Of a stretch of DNA of 64,000 bases, positions 19,353 to 28,370 are shown in pieces. This DNA is from Berkelbacteria bacterium GW2011_GWE1_39_12. GTDB taxonomy: Bacteria > Patescibacteriota > UBA1384 > UBA12157. Below the pieces are notes generated by a model, which was not told the DNA's origin, made no database searches, and was given only the letters and a program-made list of their open reading frames with translations. Position 1 is the stretch's first letter, and every line of letters starts with the position of its first letter. The stretch spans positions 848,298 to 912,297 of the forward strand of contig CP011213.1 of the NCBI GenBank assembly GCA_001029735.1, read 5' to 3'. Made by a program: the position numbers and the translations under genes.

Positions 19353-20954
19353 TTACTCCAATCTATTCAGCAGCGAATGTCCTGTCATTTGCGCTGGTTT
19401 AGGTATTTCTAAAAGTTGTAAAATTGTCGGCGCGATATCTGCTAAACTGTCGGTTGCTGAAATAATTTTGCTCAAAGCATTTGGTCCATACGAAAGCGAT
19501 GTTCTGATTAAATCTTTTTTTGCGTCATTTTTTACCATAATAAACGGCACAGGATTTAACGTGTGCATTGTCTCCCTCTCTCCAACATCACTTTGATTTA
19601 TATTAACCATTTGTTCCGCATTACCATGATCTGCTGTAATAATGGTCACCCCGCCAACCGATCTATTTGCTTTCACAATCTGACCTACTTGTTCATCCAA
19701 AGACTGGACTGCTTGACCAACTGCAATGATATTCCCTGTATGAGCAATCATGTCTACATTAGCAAAATTCAACACAATTAAGTCATATTTTCTTGATTTG
19801 ATAGCCGAAAGTGTCGCCGAAGTAATTTGTCTCGAAGACATTTCTGGCTTTAAATCATACGAAGCAACCTTTGGCGACGAAATTATCTTCCTTTCTTCAC
19901 CAGGATAAGCTTCTTCTTGACCACCATTTAAAAAGTAGGTAACATGGGCCATTTTTTCTGATTCAGCAATTTTTAACTGTTTGCCATTACTTTTTGAGAC
20001 AACTTCAGAAAGATTATTGGCGTAAATTTCATCTGGAAAAGCAACTTTAGCCGGCAGATCTTTTTGATAATTTGTAAAACCGCAGAAATATAAATTTTCA
20101 ACTTTTTTTGGTCTAAAGAAAAAAGTTTTAAATTTAGAATCAAGAAAAACTTTTGCCAATTGGCGAGCGCGATCCTCTCTAAAGTTAAAGAAAATAACAG
20201 CATCACCAGCTTTGATAGGATTAATTTTTCCGTCTTTATCTTTGATAAGCGTCGGCTCGATATATTCGTCTGTTAAATTATTCCTATAGCTCTCAGAAAT
20301 CGCGCTTTCAATTTTATCGGAAATTTTACCATTTCCTTCAGTTAGGGCAAGATAATATTTTTTAATTTTATCCCAGTTCTCATCTCGGTCCATGGCGGTA
20401 TTTCTTCCGCAAACACTGCCAAATTGACCAATCTTAACGTCATCCATTTTTACGCGAATTTTTTCAATAAAATTCAAAGCCTGGGTTGGTCCAGTATCAG
20501 TTCCGTCAGTAATTGCATCAATAAATACCCGGTCAAAATCTTGTCGGTGAGCCATTTCGAGTAAAGCGAGTAAATGCGAGATATCGGAATGCACGCCACC
20601 GTTAGAAATCATACCGATCAAGTGAACATTGCTATTATTTTGTTTTGCCCAAGCAAATGCTCCAGCTAATTGCTGGTTTTTGTAAAATGTTCGCCCAATT
20701 ATTTCTTGATTAATACGAGTATGAGGACTTTTAACAGACCGTCCAGCGCCAATCATTAAATGGCCCAAGCGCGACTCGCCGACGACATTGCCATATTCGA
20801 TTGCCCCAAGTGCTTGCAGAATCTTGTGGGGATAATTGCGCCAAAGATTATCAATATTTTTCGGATTATTCATGACTAAAGCATTACCACCCCAAGAAGG
20901 TGATAAGCCCCAACCATCTAATATCATTAAAACTACAGGTCTATTCTTCTGCAT
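19353..20954 (-). CDS. gpmI: 2,3-BPG-independent phosphoglycerate mutase paralog 3 (divergent)
   Basis: LDGWG, AMDRD, FFNFR.DRARQ, ADHGNAE retained; GNSEVGH changed to GESRLGH and DGRD to DGTD. Confidence 0.85.
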   Translation of the reverse strand: MQKNRPVVLMILDGWGLSPSWGGNALVMNNPKNIDNLWRNYPHKILQALGAIEYGNVVGESRLGHLMIGAGRSVKSPHTRINQEIIGRTFYKNQQLAGAFAWAKQNNSNVHLIGMISNGGVHSDISHLLALLEMAHRQDFDRVFIDAITDGTDTGPTQALNFIEKIRVKMDDVKIGQFGSVCGRNTAMDRDENWDKIKKYYLALTEGNGKISDKIESAISESYRNNLTDEYIEPTLIKDKDGKINPIKAGDAVIFFNFREDRARQLAKVFLDSKFKTFFFRPKKVENLYFCGFTNYQKDLPAKVAFPDEIYANNLSEVVSKSNGKQLKIAESEKMAHVTYFLNGGQEEAYPGEERKIISSPKVASYDLKPEMSSRQITSATLSAIKSRKYDLIVLNFANVDMIAHTGNIIAVGQAVQSLDEQVGQIVKANRSVGGVTIITADHGNAEQMVNINQSDVGERETMHTLNPVPFIMVKNDAKKDLIRTSLSYGPNALSKIISATDSLADIAPTILQLLEIPKPAQMTGHSLLNRLE

Positions 20955-20971
20955 TTGCCCCTCCAACCAAT

Positions 20972-22525
20972 TTAACTAATCAGACTTTCCCCAGTCATTT
21001 CCATCGGTTTTTGCAAATCCATAATTTGCAATACTGTTGGTGCAATATCGGAAAGTTTCAACGTTTGATCACCAACTGCTTGTCTTAGTGGTCTTTGAAA
21101 ATTCGGGTCTTTAGAAATCATCATAAACGGCACTGGGCTAGCAGTATGCTCGGTGTAATTTTCACCCGTATTTGGATTCAGCATCTGTTCCGCATTGCCA
21201 TGATCAGCCGTAATTAATAAGACAACATCTTTATCGATACTTCTACTTACTATTTTACCAATAAGTTCGTCTAATTTCTCGCAAGCCCTTATTGCAGCTT
21301 TGATATTTCCAGTATGTCCAACCATATCGGCGTTCGCAAAATTACAGACTATAAAATCATATTTTCCAATTGCCCCCATGACTTTGTCAGCTACGTCATC
21401 TGCTGCCATCTCTGGCTTAAGATCGAAAGTTGCCACTTTTGGCGAATGTACCAAAATACGATCTTCTCCTGGAAAAGGAGCTTCACGACTACCATTAAAA
21501 AAGAAAGTAACATGGGCGTATTTTTCAGTTTCTGCAATATGAAGTTGCTTTAATCCCGCATCTGAAATCACTTTGGCCAAAGGATTATTGATATCATGGC
21601 GATGGAAAACCGGTTTTACTAGATTACCATCTGCATATTCGTCCAAGTAGGCGAAAGAGGCAAAGTAAATATTTTGCAATTTCTTCTTTCGATCAAAGCC
21701 TTTAAAATTATGAGTAACCAAGCTTTCCGTTAATTCTCTGGTTCGTTCTGCTCTAAAATTGAAAAATATTATAGAATCGTTGTCAGCGATCGGAACAAAA
21801 GGACTTTCCGGCTTATTAATCGCCGTTGGCAAAATAAACTCATCGGTTTTATTCTGTCTATAATTTTCAGAAATAGCTTTTTGAACGCTCAATGATTGTG
21901 GACCGATCCCTTGAGTTAAGATATCATATGATTTTTGAATTCTATCCCAATGTTTATCTCTATCCATCGCCCAATAACGCCCAGAGACAGATTCTACTTT
22001 ACCAATACCAATTTCCTTAATTTTATCTTCTAGTTCCGATAAGTAAGATAGGGCTTTCATCGGATCAGTATCTCTGCCGTCAGTAATCATATGAATGTAA
22101 GCATTTTGCACTTGTTGTTTTTTTGCCATTTCCAATAAAGCATAGAGGTGATCAATGTGCGAGTGGATCCCGCCGTCAGAAACCAACCCGATCAAATGCA
22201 AATTGGATTGATTTTGTTTAACTTGAGTAAAAGCACCAAGTAAAACTTCGTTGCTGAAAAAAGATCCATCGTTAATTGCAGTAGTAATGCCCGGCAGATT
22301 TTGAAAAACAATTTGGCCACTACCGATGTTTAAATGACCGACCTCTGAATTTCCGTTTTCATGCCTTGGCAAACCAACTGATTCTTCGGCTGCTTTTAAT
22401 GCGGTATGAGGATACTTACGCCAAATTTCATCTAATAACGGTGTTTCGGACATTTCGATTGCATTGCCACCCCATGCCGGCGCCAAGCCCCAACCATCCA
22501 AAATCACCAATACAACTTTTTTCAT
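20972..22525 (-). CDS. gpmI: 2,3-BPG-independent phosphoglycerate mutase paralog 2
   Basis: LDGWG, GNSEVGH, DGRD, AETEKYAHVT, DMVGHTG, ADHGNAE. Confidence 0.95.
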   Translation of the reverse strand: MKKVVLVILDGWGLAPAWGGNAIEMSETPLLDEIWRKYPHTALKAAEESVGLPRHENGNSEVGHLNIGSGQIVFQNLPGITTAINDGSFFSNEVLLGAFTQVKQNQSNLHLIGLVSDGGIHSHIDHLYALLEMAKKQQVQNAYIHMITDGRDTDPMKALSYLSELEDKIKEIGIGKVESVSGRYWAMDRDKHWDRIQKSYDILTQGIGPQSLSVQKAISENYRQNKTDEFILPTAINKPESPFVPIADNDSIIFFNFRAERTRELTESLVTHNFKGFDRKKKLQNIYFASFAYLDEYADGNLVKPVFHRHDINNPLAKVISDAGLKQLHIAETEKYAHVTFFFNGSREAPFPGEDRILVHSPKVATFDLKPEMAADDVADKVMGAIGKYDFIVCNFANADMVGHTGNIKAAIRACEKLDELIGKIVSRSIDKDVVLLITADHGNAEQMLNPNTGENYTEHTASPVPFMMISKDPNFQRPLRQAVGDQTLKLSDIAPTVLQIMDLQKPMEMTGESLIS

Positions 22526-22556
22526 TATCTAGTATTCCTTTGTTTAATTAGAATTA

Positions 22557-24098
22557 TTATATTACTTGACTTAAATCCTGTCCTGTTACTATTTCTGGCT
22601 GATTTAAGCCCAAGCGATTAATTACAGTTGCAGTCACATCGGCCAGAACCCCAATTGGTTCTGTTGTAGCACTGGCTAATTTGGTATCCAAATTAACAGT
22701 CACAGGCCTTTGATTAATTTTTTCCTGAAAACAAAGCAATAAAGGAACAGGATTAATTGTATGTTCCTTGTCAACTTCGCCGGTTTGTAAATTGATCATC
22801 TGCTCGGCATTGCCATGATCGGCTGTCACCAACAAGTCACCACCAGCATTCAAAACCGCTTGAGCTAATTTACCCAAACAATTATCAACTTTTGCCACTG
22901 CTTTTTGCGTTGCCGCCAAAATACCTGTATGGCCAACCATATCAGCATTAGCAAAGTTTAAAACAGTAAAATTTGGTTTATTTTTCTGGAAATATTCGAT
23001 AAATTTAGCGGTTAATTCATCGGCCGACATTTCTGGCTTTAAATCGTAAGTAGCAACTTTTGGCGATGGCACCACAATCCGCTCTTCACCGGCAAACGGA
23101 GCTTCCCAGCCACCATTAAAGAAATAGGTAACATGGGCGTATTTTTCTGTTTCAGCAATATGCAATTGAGTTAATTTAGCACTACTTAAAACCATTGCCA
23201 ACTGGTCCGTAACTTTATCAGCTAAAAAGGCAACTTTAACTAGCGGCGTTGGTTCGTGACCATAACTGGTAAATGACGCAAAATAAATTTCTGGAATATT
23301 TATTAGTTCATCAGAAATTTGTCTAGCCCTATCCGAACGAAAATTATAAAAGATGACAGCATCTTTTGACTTTATTCTGGCAGTATTACCGATTTTAGTG
23401 GGCTCGATAAATTCATCAGTTTTTCCGGCGGCATAGGAATCATTGATTGCTTTTTCTATCGTTTCAGCAGTCGGCGAGCTATCTGATGTTAAAATATTGA
23501 ATGCTTTTCGAGTACGTTCAACGCGTTTATCACGATCCATACCATAAAAACGGCCCATGACCGAGGCAATTTTGCCTACTCCGGTTTGAGTAATTTTTGC
23601 TTGGAGTTTTGGCAAATCACTTAAAATGGTTTTTGGAGCGGTGTCACGGCCATCGGTTATTACATGGATATAAACCTCGGTAAAATTTTGCAATTTTGCC
23701 AAATCAATTAAAGCCAATAAATGGTTAATATGCGCATGTACTCCACCCGAAGAACAAAGACCCAAAAGGTGGACTTTGGTGTTATTCTGCTTGGCATAAT
23801 TAAATGCGTCAACTAATTCCTTATTAACAAAAAAGGTTTTATCGGCAATGCTTTTATCAATTCGAGGTAAATCTTGCATAACAACACGACCGGTGCCTAG
23901 ATTTAAATGGCCAACTTCAGAATTTCCCATTTCGCCCCACTCCAAACCAACTTCTTCACCAGAAGCATGAAGGCTAGTACTAGGAAACATCGATAGTAAT
24001 TTATCATAATTTGGCGTCGGCGTTGAAAAAACGGCGTTTCCTTTTGTCTCCACGCTCAGACCCCAACCATCTAATATTGCTAAAACTAAAGGCCTCAA
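22557..24098 (-). CDS. gpmI: 2,3-BPG-independent phosphoglycerate mutase paralog 1
   Basis: LDGWG, GNSEVGH, DGRD, AETEKYAHVT, DMVGHTG, ADHGNAE. Confidence 0.95.
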   Translation of the reverse strand: MRPLVLAILDGWGLSVETKGNAVFSTPTPNYDKLLSMFPSTSLHASGEEVGLEWGEMGNSEVGHLNLGTGRVVMQDLPRIDKSIADKTFFVNKELVDAFNYAKQNNTKVHLLGLCSSGGVHAHINHLLALIDLAKLQNFTEVYIHVITDGRDTAPKTILSDLPKLQAKITQTGVGKIASVMGRFYGMDRDKRVERTRKAFNILTSDSSPTAETIEKAINDSYAAGKTDEFIEPTKIGNTARIKSKDAVIFYNFRSDRARQISDELINIPEIYFASFTSYGHEPTPLVKVAFLADKVTDQLAMVLSSAKLTQLHIAETEKYAHVTYFFNGGWEAPFAGEERIVVPSPKVATYDLKPEMSADELTAKFIEYFQKNKPNFTVLNFANADMVGHTGILAATQKAVAKVDNCLGKLAQAVLNAGGDLLVTADHGNAEQMINLQTGEVDKEHTINPVPLLLCFQEKINQRPVTVNLDTKLASATTEPIGVLADVTATVINRLGLNQPEIVTGQDLSQVI

Positions 24099-24126
24099 AA
24101 ACCCTCCTTGCGGCAGCTGTGTCGCA

Positions 24127-25290
24127 TCATGTTAATTCACTGGCGATCTCTTCCAACCGTTTGTATTTAATCTCCCTTTCGGACGCAAATGGGGCACCAG
24201 CCTTCAGATATTTGGCCGCCGTACCTACGGCCAAGTCTGAAATATATGAATCCATTGTTTCGCCAGATCGATGTGATAGAATATGGACGAAATCTGCTTT
24301 TTTAGCTAAGGAAATAACCTTTAAAGTCTCTGTTAAAGTACCGGTTTGATTCACCTTCACTATCATAGCGTTAGCGGCAAAGTTTTCGATCCCTGCCTCC
24401 AAACGTTCTTTACTTGTAACAAAAAGGTCGTCACCAACTAATAAATAATCCTTGCCTTTACGATCTAATTCAAGCTTTAATTCTGCCCAATGATCTATTT
24501 TGTCTTCAGGTGCTGGATCTTCAATTGAATAGATCGGGAAGTTATCAAGCATATGCAAAATATCTTCATTTGAAATATTGCAGTAATTGGCCGCTATATC
24601 TAATCCGATCATTATATCTTTAGAAACGCTTAATTTTGAAATTTCGATGGCGCTTTGCAATAAATCAATGGCATCTTCGTCATAGTTTAGTTTTGGTGAA
24701 AAACCGCCCTCTAAACCAAGATCGGGCTCTAACCCTTGTGAAGTAATAAGTTCTCTCAATGTGTGCCAGATTTTTTTGCCATGTTCAAGTTTTCCGATGA
24801 CTAATATTTCTTGAAGACAAAGCTTGTTTTTGGCATGCTTTCCACCTTCAATCATCACCATCATCGGAGTAGGTAGCGACGGTTCAATTTCTTCACCACA
24901 AATTCTTGAATACAGTTTATTAATGTACCAGTAAAGAGGCATTTTTTCCGTAAGAGCCGCCACTCTGGAAAGGGCAAGTGAAACACCTAATATTGTGTTT
25001 GCTCCTAAACTTGATTTATCGCCAGTTCCATCCATATCCAACATTAACTGATCGATGCCAAATTGATCTAACGGATCAAGCCCAATAATTTTAGGTTTAA
25101 TAGTTTGATTAATTGTATTCACGGCAATTTCGGGCTTAACCGGAATCGATTCAAAGCTACCAGTCGAAATACCACTCGGAACAGAATCAGTTGCCATTAA
25201 CCCATCGTCCGTAGAAATTTCTACTTCTAAAGTCGGCTCGCCTCGCGAATCGAGAATTTCTCTAGCGTTGACATCGGTTATTTTAGACAA
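24127..25290 (-). CDS. eno: Enolase (compact, 387 aa)
   Basis: REILDSRG.PT, PSGIS, GDDLFVT, KVNQ.GT, SHRSGET. Confidence 0.93.
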   Translation of the reverse strand: MSKITDVNAREILDSRGEPTLEVEISTDDGLMATDSVPSGISTGSFESIPVKPEIAVNTINQTIKPKIIGLDPLDQFGIDQLMLDMDGTGDKSSLGANTILGVSLALSRVAALTEKMPLYWYINKLYSRICGEEIEPSLPTPMMVMIEGGKHAKNKLCLQEILVIGKLEHGKKIWHTLRELITSQGLEPDLGLEGGFSPKLNYDEDAIDLLQSAIEISKLSVSKDIMIGLDIAANYCNISNEDILHMLDNFPIYSIEDPAPEDKIDHWAELKLELDRKGKDYLLVGDDLFVTSKERLEAGIENFAANAMIVKVNQTGTLTETLKVISLAKKADFVHILSHRSGETMDSYISDLAVGTAAKYLKAGAPFASEREIKYKRLEEIASELT

Positions 25291-25319
25291 CTTACCCTTC
25301 CTTTTTTTTGAGAAACGAA

Positions 25320-26393
25320 CTATTCTTTAAACGGTTCGTCGGCTAATTTACCCTTCAAAAACTTTATGATTTCCACGGGATTTGGTTCAATATTGTTCAA
25401 GATAGCTAAATAATATGAGATATAATCTCCCAGCATTATCATCTGCAATATTTCGGAAATTTCCGATCCGGACGGTTGGACAAGCAGTGTTTCGTAAGGA
25501 ATTCTTTTTTGCTCTAAAATTTGTGCTGTAATATTTTCACGTAATTTATTTCTCGCGTGGTCATACTTTGACTGTAAAATAATAAAGAAAAGTTTCTGCC
25601 TGATATCAGTAGGGAATTCTAAACCAACTAGGGAATTGTGGTTTAACTCGGGAATCGTTTCATAATAGGACGCGGTTTTTGAATTTTCATTGAATTGACC
25701 TTTGAAACGCCTGGCTACTTCAGTCATAATGCCGGCGCCATAGATTATCGGGAAACGCCCGTTTAATTTCTGGGCTAAAACCTTTGTGATATTTCGTCTC
25801 TCAGGAACCTCAACATCGATCTTTTGCTTTAAAGCGCGAAGCAATAAAACCGCTTCCTTAATATCGTCATCTGTTATTTCGATAATATTTAATTTTTTAA
25901 AAATAGCCAAAATACTTGTTAAGCCATAGCCCAACGCCGCTCGCGGCTGACTGCCATAATGAATTTGATAGTGAAGAGCTCTTTTTTGACTGCCAATGGA
26001 ATATATTCTACCACCAGTTGAAATAGTGATAAGTTTTTCGGTTTTACCAACCGCTTGAGAAAAAGCATTAATTGTTTCTTCGGTTTCACCAGAATACGAC
26101 ACGGCGATAACTAAAGTATTTTTATCTACCCAGCCTGGAATATCATAATCTCGTAAAATGACAACCGGAATCTGTGATTTGGTCGCCATTTGAGCAACAA
26201 TACCGCCACCTTGAGCCGAACCGCCCATACCTAGAATTAAAATTGATTTTGCGTTTATATAAGGAGTTGGCAAGGCGATATTTTTCCAATCGTCCCAACA
26301 TTTTTCCACTTGATCAGGAAAGTCCTGAATATTTCCCAGTATATTTTCTTCATCAAGTTTTTTCATTGCTTGTATATTATCTAAATTAGCCAC
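25320..26393 (-). CDS. Bifunctional phosphoglucose/phosphomannose isomerase (SIS domains)
   Basis: GMGGSA, SYSGETEET, QPRAA, FNENSK, PELNHN; start taken at GTG 26393 after GGAG. Confidence 0.9.
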   Translation of the reverse strand: MANLDNIQAMKKLDEENILGNIQDFPDQVEKCWDDWKNIALPTPYINAKSILILGMGGSAQGGGIVAQMATKSQIPVVILRDYDIPGWVDKNTLVIAVSYSGETEETINAFSQAVGKTEKLITISTGGRIYSIGSQKRALHYQIHYGSQPRAALGYGLTSILAIFKKLNIIEITDDDIKEAVLLLRALKQKIDVEVPERRNITKVLAQKLNGRFPIIYGAGIMTEVARRFKGQFNENSKTASYYETIPELNHNSLVGLEFPTDIRQKLFFIILQSKYDHARNKLRENITAQILEQKRIPYETLLVQPSGSEISEILQMIMLGDYISYYLAILNNIEPNPVEIIKFLKGKLADEPFKE

Positions 26394-26492
26394 TTGGCTC
26401 CTTTCGATTGATTGTTTAAAAATGCCACAATTTTGAAAAACTGCTTTTGTCTTCATATTTAATATACCAACGGCACCTCAAAAGAGCAAGTT

Positions 26493-26565
26493 TTGTAAGG
26501 ACTTGTAGTTCTGAGACTGATAGCCGGTACTCTTATCAAATGTCTCATCTCTTGCAAGTTTACAA
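26493..26565. repeat. Long imperfect inverted repeat between divergent promoters
   Basis: TTGTAA(GG)ACTTGTA / TGCAAGTTTACAA outer arms; TGAGAC/GTCTCA and TGATA/TATCA inner arms. Confidence 0.6.
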
Positions 26566-26650
26566 CGCCTTTGACAAATAATTATATTAATGATAGCATT
26601 TAAGCTTGTGCTTTTTAGCGTTTAATGTAAAATTTAATTGAGGAGTTTAA

Positions 26651-27721
26651 ATGAATATAGAAAATGAAAGTGAAATGCTTCAGCCACCGCAAGAAAAGAA
26701 CATTGAAGAATCTTTACAGGAATACACCAGACAATGTGAGCAAGGTGAATTTGAAATCGTTAATATCAAAGAAGTGATCGTCGACGGCCTGGCTGAAGAC
26801 GAGCGCATCGGCGGTATTACAGCTGCAACCGATGAAGACCAGCGCGCCGCTGAAATTGATGTCTATAATTTTAGTAAATCCGGCAAGAATTTGATCGCTA
26901 GGTTTGATCGTCGTAACCAAAAAATCGGCGCCATAGTTGCGATTTGTGAGCCTTCCGGCGATGGCCACTATCGGCTGATTAAAGGTGCGGAAGTTCTGGA
27001 TAATTGTGAAGATCCGGTCGTAAACCGAGTCTACAACAAAGATATTACTTGCATCGTTAAGACTTTTTCAGATGAAGAAGGTGAAATTCATTGCCACGAA
27101 AATATTTTTTCTTCAAATGGCGATTTAACCAAACGTGAGCTATTGGCCACCGGTCCGATTGATGAAAAAGACATCCGGGCGCAAGAGCTGGACGATCCGA
27201 ATATCGGCCTTTTCCGCCGTCCGAAAGAAGGGGAATACGCGGACGGTCAAATTGGTTGGCAAACTGTCGAAGGGTTTGATAAAATTCAAGACGCACTTGA
27301 CGGTAAAATCGCAATGAAAATCATCAAGAAATTTGCGCCGAATGAGTGGGGCGGCATCAACGATAGTAAAAAATTAAACGACGGCAACATTTTTTATGTT
27401 GGCCACATGGCCGGTTTTGACCGCGACCGAAATGATCCGGAAGCTAAAAAACTATATTACGGCACCTGCGGAATTTTTGATCCGAAAACCGAAGAAATTG
27501 TCAGCTGGAAAATTATATTGGACGAGAAAACAATTCAAGATTTGTTAGCCAAACGTGTCGATGCAAAAAATGAGGAAATCGGTTCAGTTTGTTACATATC
27601 TTCAATTCAAAGTATTGACGAAGAAAAAGGCGAAGTTGCACTTTGCGTCAGTCTTCAAGACACAAAAGGATTTGAAATTACCCTAAAAGTTCCAATTGAA
27701 GAGTTGAAGAAGCGAACATAA
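26651..27721 (+). CDS. DUF1861 / GT108 (MTP-like) beta-propeller, putative beta-1,2-mannoside phosphorylase/transferase
   Basis: DVYN, EDP, KDIR, F.RP, G.IG, EWGG.N, GH.A.F motifs in the order typical of DUF1861. Confidence 0.7.
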   Translation: MNIENESEMLQPPQEKNIEESLQEYTRQCEQGEFEIVNIKEVIVDGLAEDERIGGITAATDEDQRAAEIDVYNFSKSGKNLIARFDRRNQKIGAIVAICEPSGDGHYRLIKGAEVLDNCEDPVVNRVYNKDITCIVKTFSDEEGEIHCHENIFSSNGDLTKRELLATGPIDEKDIRAQELDDPNIGLFRRPKEGEYADGQIGWQTVEGFDKIQDALDGKIAMKIIKKFAPNEWGGINDSKKLNDGNIFYVGHMAGFDRDRNDPEAKKLYYGTCGIFDPKTEEIVSWKIILDEKTIQDLLAKRVDAKNEEIGSVCYISSIQSIDEEKGEVALCVSLQDTKGFEITLKVPIEELKKRT

Positions 27722-27730
27722 GAGCTTAAT

Positions 27731-27770
27731 AAAAATGACAGAAAAAGTAATTTTTTTCTGTCATTTTTTT
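27731..27770 (+). terminator. Intrinsic terminator
   Basis: AAAAATGACAGAAAAA-GTAATT-TTTTTCTGTCATTTTT long perfect stem. Confidence 0.8.
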
Positions 27771-27860
27771 ATATAGGTTTTGAGCTAATCCGACAAGGAT
27801 CGCAGGAGTACTATAGTGCATCAGTAAGCTAAATTCATTAAATACACTAACTTATCGCTT

Positions 27861-28106
27861 TGATGGACCCGCCTTTAGGCATGCGGACACTCGAAAATGA
27901 CTGGTGGACCTGAGGAGACTCGAACTCCTTACCTCAGCAATGCGAATGCTGCGCTCTACCAGATGAGCTACAGGCCCACAGCTTTATTGACAATGCTAAT
28001 ACCTTTAGGCGATTTGAACTACTGGCCCACAGGTATATGTTGGCACGCATGCTGTGCTCCAGAATGCCAACCTTACTTTTCAGTTGGCAGACGAGCTACA
28101 GGCCCA
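27861..28106 (-). repeat. Degenerate partial copies of tRNA-Ala(CGC) ends flanking the tRNA
   Basis: 5'-end copies at 28088-28105 (17/18) and 28015-28032 (16/18); 3'-end copy at 27861-27895 with a 12-nt insert. Confidence 0.7.
27902..27977 (-). tRNA. tRNA-Ala(CGC)
   Basis: GGGCCTG/CAGGTCC acceptor with G3:U70, anticodon arm CAGCA-TTCGCAT-TGCTG, CCA end. Confidence 0.96.
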
Positions 28107-28178
28107 TTTCTGGTTCCTCAGTATATTTTCTTTGCGGCGAGAATACCGCGAAGCGGTATCAAAAATCACTTTTATTTT

Positions 28179-28264
28179 TGGTGCCCGAGGCGAGAATCGA
28201 ACTCGCATGAGCCGAAGCTCACAGCATTTTGAGTGCTGCGTGTCTACCGTTCCACCACCCGGGC
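28179..28264 (-). tRNA. tRNA-Leu(CAA)
   Basis: Anticodon arm CAGCA-CTCAAAA-TGCTG, long variable arm, TTCGA loop, CCA. Confidence 0.97.
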
Positions 28265-28370
28265 AATAGCTGCTTATGTATACTCAATTTATACCATACA
28301 ATTGAGTAAAATTCAATCGTATAAGGATCGCATTTCCATTTTAGTATATTTTGATTTACAATAAAAATAA

